A stretch of 64,000 nt of DNA from the NCBI GenBank assembly GCA_964187785.1, contig OZ076417.1, forward strand, positions 24,924,001-24,988,000, read 5' to 3'. This document shows positions 60,301 through 64,000 of the stretch, piece after piece. The stretch is from Amphiscolops sp. MND2022. Lineage: Eukaryota. Made by a program: the position numbers and the translations under genes. Within the stretch, counting starts at the first letter, position 1. Each line of letters starts with the position of its first letter. The notes under the pieces were generated by a model. The model was not told the origin of the DNA and made no database searches. It saw nothing but the letters and a program-made list of their open reading frames with translations.

Positions 60301-62740
60301 AGTTAAAACCGGAAAGTAAAATCCGAAACGCAACGTTACATCAAAATTCAATTTCAAATTCAAATTTAATACTACCATTTAAGAACGAAATGGACCGAGA
60401 ATACTTCCACTGGGGCTCAACAACTGAGATTATGGAAATCATCAGACGGAGAAGAAAGAGCCCAGAAACTCTCAGACTTGTGGAAAGGAGGCTGGAAATC
60501 TCGAGACCAGGAACAATGCGCAGAAAGTTCGACATGAACGCGCAACGGCAAATCTTGGTCCCTTCTCGACCGAATAAGAGAAGCAGAGAAGAAATTGCCG
60601 AAATCGACGGAGAACTACTCACCCGAGCTAATCGACTCGGCGGGGGCTACCAACCCATAGAAGACCGAACAGCGGAAGACGTAGACCCAAACAACAACAA
60701 CAACCACCATCAACCGGAAATTATAGAAGAAGAAAATGAACCGGAAAGCGAAGGCGAAAGCCAAATAATACGGGGAGACAACTTCCCAATCGTGGATCTG
60801 AAAGCATACAATACGGAAGGCCGAGAAGCTCAGTTCATACAAATAAATCAGGTAGTTGAAAAGATGACGGGAGACAAAAAAGCAACGGAAGACGCTATAA
60901 AGAAGGCCAAATTCAACTTCATGCTCGACCTAAAGACATTAATCGCGAAATCCAACACAGACGCCGAACTAAATCGGGTCAGAGACGCGATGAGACGAGC
61001 AGAAAAAAACACGGCCCCAGAATCGTACCGAACAGTATTCGCGAAACTATCGAATAAGTGGGGACTAACATTTAATGAAGATCGCATAATCATACCGACT
61101 GAACTGAGAAAGAAACTGCTCGACACACTGCACTTCGGACACGCCGGATCAACAAAGATGCTCGCGGAATCCAAGATATTCTGGTGGCCGAACATGTGCA
61201 AAGAAATCGAGGACAAAACCAAAAACTGCGTAGCCTGCATGGCCTCGGGTAAGAACCTAATTTATCAATTACCGAAAAATAACTTCGGAAAACTAAAAAC
61301 CTTGACGGAACCAGGACAAGAAGTCCAAATCGATTTTACCGGAAAACTAAATCACAAAAAATTAAACGGAGAACACCAAATACTAATCGCTATCAATAGA
61401 TTTAGTAAGTGGCCAACCGCAAAGATTTGCAAATCTTCGGAAACAAAAGAAGTACTGACTTTCTTAAAACAAAACTTTAATTTATACGGAATCCCGGAAA
61501 AAATCAAAACGGATAAAGGCGGAGGATTTTATCGCCAAAGAATATAAAGATTTTTGCAAATCGAAAAATATCGAAATCGAATACAGTACACCGAGATTAC
61601 ATACCGGTACGGGAGTAGTAGAACGCGCAATCCAAACATTAAAGAACCTAATAATTGCCAACATTGAAGACGACTTATGCCTGACCGGATGCGTAAATAG
61701 TGCATTACATGTAATGCGATTTACGATACATACGGGACGAAAGATTACGCCATTCGAATTACACCACGGCCGTAAACCACGGACCGAACTAACTAATCTA
61801 ATGAAAACCGGAAAATCATTCCTTTCTAATTGGTCAGAAATGTCTATTTCAGCAAACCACCGACCGAAGATACCTATCTACGTCACCAGAAACGGAGACG
61901 GGGAGGTATCAAACCACATAGTGATGGCCCGTACAAAAGCGGAAGAAAAAGCTCAAGCCGAAAAATCACCGAAAAAGAAAAATTCGGTCAGTAACTATCC
62001 TTTCAAATTCTTTGTAAAAAACCGTAACAAAAAATCACTAGAAGGTAGATTTCAAAAACATCTACAAACGGCAGTGAAAGGTACGGAGCATACCGTTACC
62101 ACCGATACCGGAAAAATAATTCACCGAAATTTTATTTCGGACCCGATTATATTTCAGAAAGAAAGAAAAACAACACCAAAGATCGGAGACACAATAACCC
62201 CGAAAAACCGTCACTGCCTTAAAGGGGTAGACGGGAAGTACATCCAATGGAACGAGATTTTAAGAGATGTGCTCAACGGGAAACTGAAAATCATCCCGAA
62301 CAAGAAACAAGATTCGGACTCCGAAAGTGAAGAAGGAGAAATAGAAGACGAAGATAGCGACTTTGAGAACCCCGACACATCCGAACGAAACGGTCGCTAA
62401 CAACCAATCACAACATCACCCGAGGACGAATTGAATCTCCACACGGATGGCGAATTGAATACGGGTGAGATAAAAACTGAAAATACAGTTACCAAAAAAA
62501 ATACTAGACGGTCAAACCGGGAAAGCAAACAACCGAATAGATACGGGGGGGTGACATATACTCGAAATTTTTGGATATAAAAAATTGATAGAATTTATAT
62601 GTTAACAGGCGACAACAAGTCGAACAGTAGAAAAGAGCCACCACAACCACTCACCACACCAGCGGACTTCGCACGGGAGAAAACACCCACACCGGGATCA
62701 TCGAGAATATGAACCGAAGAGAGCCCAGAAGAGGGGGGAA

Positions 62741-62988
62741 TGTAATACGGTGTGAAAACCGATACCGATCTCTACGGTGACATTGTCAATCAAACTTAAA
62801 TCTCATAGACCAAGTTTGCAGAACTTATGTTTATATATTTGTAAAGAACCTACTTCTACTTTGAATTGAGGTTAAATCATTTGATACTAGATATAGACAT
62901 AGAAGAGATCGTATTGACATTGCTTTGAGTTAAAAGAGATACTTTTAGAAAAACCTTTATTTCTTCTACTCAATCAAGAAATAGAACA
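62741..62988 (+). repeat. 3' LTR of Gypsy D
   Basis: Matches the 5' LTR at 244/248 positions. Confidence 0.95.
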
Positions 62989-64000
62989 GGGGGAACTTTT
63001 GGGCTTTTTGAAAATCCAGTTTGTTTCAAAATATCAAAAAAATGAAGGGGCGACCCTTCGGAGACATTGAAAAATTTTCAAAAAAAAAACAAAAAATGAG
63101 AATTTTTAACAGTCTCATTGTGCCGAAAAAAGTAAAAGGGGGCCCTTTAGGCTTTTTCAACATCCATTCAGTTGCAAAACCAAAAAAATAGAAACGGGAC
63201 CCTTTGAAGACTTTAAAAATTTTCGAAAACAGTCTCACAAGCCGAAAAGGGGCGGGGAAAGTCTCATGGCGCCGAAAAATTGAAAGGGGGGGTCCTTCTG
63301 GGTTTTGCATTTCATGGTAGAGGCCTTTGGATGCGTTCAAAATCAAGTACTGAGTACTTTTGGTAAAAGTGAATATCTCACAAAAAGTGGTAGATATATG
63401 TCCGCGTACGTATACGCGATGAGTGAAAACTCTGACGAAAAAAAAGAAAAAAAAACTAGCCACTGTAATAGTCGTGCTCTTTTATCTAGAAAAGCACCGA
63501 CTAAAAACTGTTTCACGTCAGCACAATTTAGTAGGTTTCTTCATTTCGAATATTTGAACTCAACTAGCGTTCAACCTTAGACGAACCCAATCTCAGATAT
63601 ATCCAATTGTATAGACTGATATGGTTCCTCATGATGTTTTAATACTGTTTCCATGCATTGAATCGTATGCAACCATGTGGTTCCATACATAATTTTGCGC
63701 TATCATGACAATTTTTAAAGCATCGTGCAAGTCATAACGGCAAATGAACTGAAAATGTGTTCGTGTGGCCACAAATACAAAACGGAATTCAAGCGACAAT
63801 GCCCCAGTATGTATACAAAATATACTTTGATAATCAGAAAAAAATTACATTGACGGGAAGATACTATCAGGTAAACATTATAATACAGTCAGTTCTTTTC
63901 GTCAATTTGAATCAGTGGAGACGGCTAGATAGATGTTACCTCATGGCATAACACCAAGTCTCGCTCATTGAACATTGATGAACCTACAAAAGGCAAACTC

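Larger units (their letters stand above)
57097..62988 (+). mobile_element. Ty3/Gypsy element D, full-length with both LTRs and TSD, pol disrupted
   Basis: LTRs 57097-57344 and 62741-62988 (248 bp, TG...CA, 4 differences); TSD GGGGG; PBS TGGCGCAGTCAGCC; PPT GAGGGGGGAA; gag knuckle CNNCGKKGHFARVC; PR VDTGS; RT; RNase H (TDAS, ELELLAVVW, YTDH); IN (HFGH..C..C, QIDF, KTD). Confidence 0.97.

Overview
Animal (invertebrate-like) nuclear DNA, AT-rich and dominated by transposable elements. One intact host gene can be fully reconstructed: a six-exon GDP-fucose transporter (SLC35C1 orthologue, + strand, CDS 28405-51100, 1020 nt, 339 aa, all introns GT-AG). Its first coding exon is absent from the ORF track. 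Downstream on the - strand is a degraded F-type-lectin-like (FTP fold) sequence. The rest is nested mobile DNA: the 5' end of a BEL/Pao element; four Ty3/Gypsy elements or fragments, one full-length with 248-bp LTRs and a GGGGG target duplication; a Ty1/Copia element whose 5' end lies in a ~2.09-kb tandem duplication; a CRE-like non-LTR remnant split by two CR1/L2-group LINEs; hAT-, Mutator- and piggyBac-like MITEs; a stand-alone SGNH-hydrolase ORF; and a 6.2-kb ~142-bp satellite with higher-order structure in intron 1. There are no prokaryotic features, CRISPR arrays or recognisable rRNA/tRNA genes. I cannot demonstrate a new biological system. The best leads are the orphan SGNH ORF, three stacked GNA-triloop hairpins in a recently mobile piggyBac-like MITE, a structured core shared by MITEs with unrelated arms, and an extra ~270-aa region between RNase H and integrase in the youngest Gypsy. 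All protein family calls come from motif recognition by eye, not database searches.
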